Below, one piece after another: positions 20,474 through 22,836 of a DNA stretch of 22,836 bases. The stretch is from Vitrella brassicaformis CCMP3155. Its lineage: Eukaryota; Protista; Chromerida. Made by a program: the position numbers and the translations under genes. Location of the stretch: assembly GCA_001179505.1 (NCBI GenBank), contig CDMY01000767.1:1-22836 (forward strand), given 5' to 3'. The notes below the pieces were generated by a model. It had not been told where the DNA came from. It saw only the letters and a program-made list of their open reading frames with translations, and did no database searches. Each line of letters begins with the position of its first letter. Position 1 is the first letter of the stretch.

Positions 20474-21573
20474 CTATCGTTGCGTTGTCATCTGGCGGCC
20501 GTTGCGTGCGCTGCGGTTGTTGATGTCCCTGTCTTTTCTCGGCTCCCACATCAGCGCCCTGCTGTCGCCGTTGCGCAGCTTGTTGATGCGGTCGTCGCAG
20601 TAACGCCATCCACCCCAATGCGTCTTGTGGCAGAAATCGCAGTCCACCATGCCGATGCGCCTCATCCGCTGCTCGTCCAGATGCCCGTGAGGCAGGGGCT
20701 GGTGGTGCTGTGAGAGGATGTGTGGGTAGGAAGTGTAGGAGGGATGGAGCTGATGGTGCATGGGCATGTGCTGGGGTGGGCTGCTCTACATATGTGGTGC
20801 CATGAGAGGCATGGGTGGCTGCACGGGATAGCTGCCCTGTGGCGGGAAGAGTGGAGGGGCGGGCGGTTGGGTGTTCTGCATCATGGCCATGATGTCTTGC
20901 TGTGGGCTCGTCGATGTGGTCGACTGGCGGAGGTGGGTGGCTCCCCACTTGCGCAGGCGGTCCTTGATGGCGTCCAGCCCCAAGTTGTCGCTGAGTATGT
21001 TCTCCTTCAGGATACTAAGGCTCGTCTCGGTGGTGGGGATGGAATCAGTCAGGTAGGCCTGCTGATCCAGCTGTGAGAGCTCCTTGCCCATGCACACACG
21101 ATACTGATTCACCAGGCTCTCGAAGCGCAGGATCTCCGTCTCCGGCTCGAGGGTCTGCCAGGCGAATGAGCGGAGCTGCTGAGCCAGCATCGTGCCCATC
21201 TGGTTCTTGTTGCGCAGGTAGCACTTGCGAAGATGCCACCACGCGTAGGCGCCATTGCCCTCCTCCATGTCGCCCATCTGCTGCAGGTAACTGGCCGCTC
21301 TTCCTTTGCAGACGCCCACGAGGATACGCCACAGTCCCTGTGCGGCCTTCCATTTGTTCTTCGTCGCCTCAGTCGCATCAGTTGCTGTCGCATTCGCTTG
21401 GCAGCCTCCTCAGCATCCCCTCATTGCTCGGGCATCACTCCTTGCTCAGCATAGGAAAAGAGCAGCCGCCTGACCTTCCAGTTCCAGTTCAGATACGCGT
21501 GAGAGTCGCCATTTAGCTCGGGAATCGTGAGACGCTGGTCGTCGATGGTGATCTCAAAGCCTCGGCCGGCCAT
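20474..21573 (-). pseudogene. gag: Copia gag, disrupted
   Basis: Stop and frameshift near 21420; in-frame TAG at 20786-20788 followed by same-frame continuation (20767-20474) containing the zinc knuckle; frameshift before the protease near 20490. Confidence 0.85.
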
Positions 21574-22434
21574 AGCCTCAGTGCAGAATCAATAAAGGAA
21601 AGTCTATACAAGCAGAAGTAGCCTTGCTTCAGCAGAGAAACCTTCTTGCTGCGCCCATGTTGAAGTTGCTGTGTGCCGAACACATACCGTGGTCAGAAGG
21701 ATCAATCTCTGCCGTACAAGCCTTCACACAAGGCACGCAACGCACGAGTCCATCATGGGCGTGGCCAGCCCGCCAAGCAACACACGCACGAGAGCTGCCA
21801 ACGCTCACCAAAGAAGCACGAAATAGTGAGACAGAGAGAGAGCGGTTTCACGGAATGTCCTAAGCGGCTTGACGGCCAAGTCCCATGTCTTTCACGCACA
21901 ATCAAACGAACGAGAGGCAACAGGAATCACCCACGCACGCTCCACATGCACAGAGGAACCCAAGGAACACACTCACGAGGCCTCCAGACCGAAACCCACG
22001 GCCGTCCGCTGAATACGATCTGGCCGAGTCGCTCCTGAGATGTGCCACCCCGGGCCTCCCCCACGCCGCAGAGCCGTCCGCCCTCGGCGCCGGAACCTCC
22101 ATCCGCTATATACGGGTCAGTTGCAGGATGGAAACCCCTCGACTCCGCTCGAAAGACGACTCCGTTCGGGTGCGCGTCGTCGGCGGATCCCTGCCGCGCC
22201 TCGACTCGAGGACGAACAGGAAGAAGTGACATCGTCACTTCATCGCCAAGTAGCGTGGATCCTTCAGCGTCAATAGTGAGACAGGTCTGCAAGCTAAGCG
22301 TGCACAACCCTGCTGGGGGCGCGCGCGTGCGCGACGTTGTGTGCCTGCCTTGATGTTCGCAGCGCATTGCATATCCTCCTGTTTGCATGTGTGCATCGTC
22401 CGAATGAATCCCTTGTGTGTTCATGAGGACGCTC

Positions 22435-22464
22435 GAATGAATGAATGAATGAACGAATGAATGA
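22435..22464 (+). repeat. (GAAT)n microsatellite
   Basis: gaatgaatgaatgaatgaacgaatgaatga seen directly. Confidence 0.9.
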
Positions 22465-22836
22465 AGCTGACATTAGCCCACACCCCCTGGGGGGGAAACT
22501 GTCATTAACCGTAACACTCGTCTGTGTGTCCGTGATACTCATACAAATACAGTCCCATCAGCACGCAGAGTCAAACAGGCTCAAGGGGAGGAGGGATCAA
22601 TCCCCGCCCTATCAGCACACCCCAGTCCCGCAAACCCTCCCCTCCCTCCCCCACGCAGACAGAAGCTAGTCGCACGCGCGAGGGCGATAGACAAGTGAGA
22701 GCGAATCCATTTAGACACATGACTGAACCCCCGACCCTTCCACCCCTCCTTCTCCAAAAGCGCATGAGCCATGTGGGCGATGAACACGTTGGCATCGTGT
22801 CCCCACACACCGTCACACGTCACCACCAGAGGGCAG

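Larger units (their letters stand above)
17204..21573 (-). mobile_element. Decayed Ty1/Copia LTR retrotransposon internal region (gag-protease-integrase-start of RT); RT/RNaseH and 3' LTR missing, 5' LTR not identified
   Basis: Copia domain order. Gag N-terminus PELNGDSHAYLNW from the ATG at 21573; gag core (AYAWWHLRKCY...FESLVNQYRVCM...AYLTDSIP); CDFCHKTHWGGWRYC knuckle; protease LVDCAATNSAV...IRTASNDLMPIKAVGTLPL...NIAVVLDLKYNVF; pre-integrase HHCC (YWHNKSH...CDSCKLG); integrase D-D-E (VTADIKP, LRTDNGGEF, NGIVERSI); SH3-like FGALAYVH...KAEKGVYLG...SRDVSVHESVFP; linker TRAGRHVHFPEDRYKDYHV; RT-proximal VPKILKDAMKSPFWPWWKRAMERELASH. Confidence 0.95.

Noticed and set aside
21380-21475. Possible third intron in gag (gtcagg donor)
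   Set aside because: Available donors are phase 0 while the candidate acceptors are phase 1, so splicing does not restore the frame. Treated as ordinary decay.
21560-22300. 5' LTR and primer-binding site of the Copia element
   Set aside because: There is no second LTR to compare. ggctatggccgg only loosely resembles the half-tRNA-Met PBS (GGTTATGGGCCCAG), and no TGGTATCAGAGC is present.

Overview
Eukaryotic, intron-rich, repeat-rich genomic scaffold. Short GT-AG introns, TG-rich acceptors and (GAAT)n/(CAGA)n microsatellites resemble the chromerid alveolate Vitrella brassicaformis; this taxon call is inference. Three 300-N placeholder gaps lie at 694-993, 2598-2897 and 3766-4065. Two host genes are supported: a minus-strand, intron-containing aryl-sulfate sulfotransferase (ASST)-family gene that runs off the window start, and a plus-strand multi-exon exostosin/GT47 glycosyltransferase (~8.1-10.1 kb). 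Most of the rest is nested mobile or repetitive DNA: an unidentified ~1.3 kb repeat family (family A; 3 tandem and 3 dispersed copies), a 990-bp Tc1/mariner-type non-autonomous element (25-bp TIRs, TA TSD) splitting one family A copy, a degenerate ~125-bp repeat array interrupted by a TSD-flanked insertion with a (GAAT)n tail, and a decayed Ty1/Copia retrotransposon (17.2-21.6 kb, minus strand). The most unusual observation is that the Copia pol region appears to hold two phase-0 GT-AG spliceosomal introns (19331-19560 and 17386-17551). Removing each one rejoins recognisable Copia motifs in frame.
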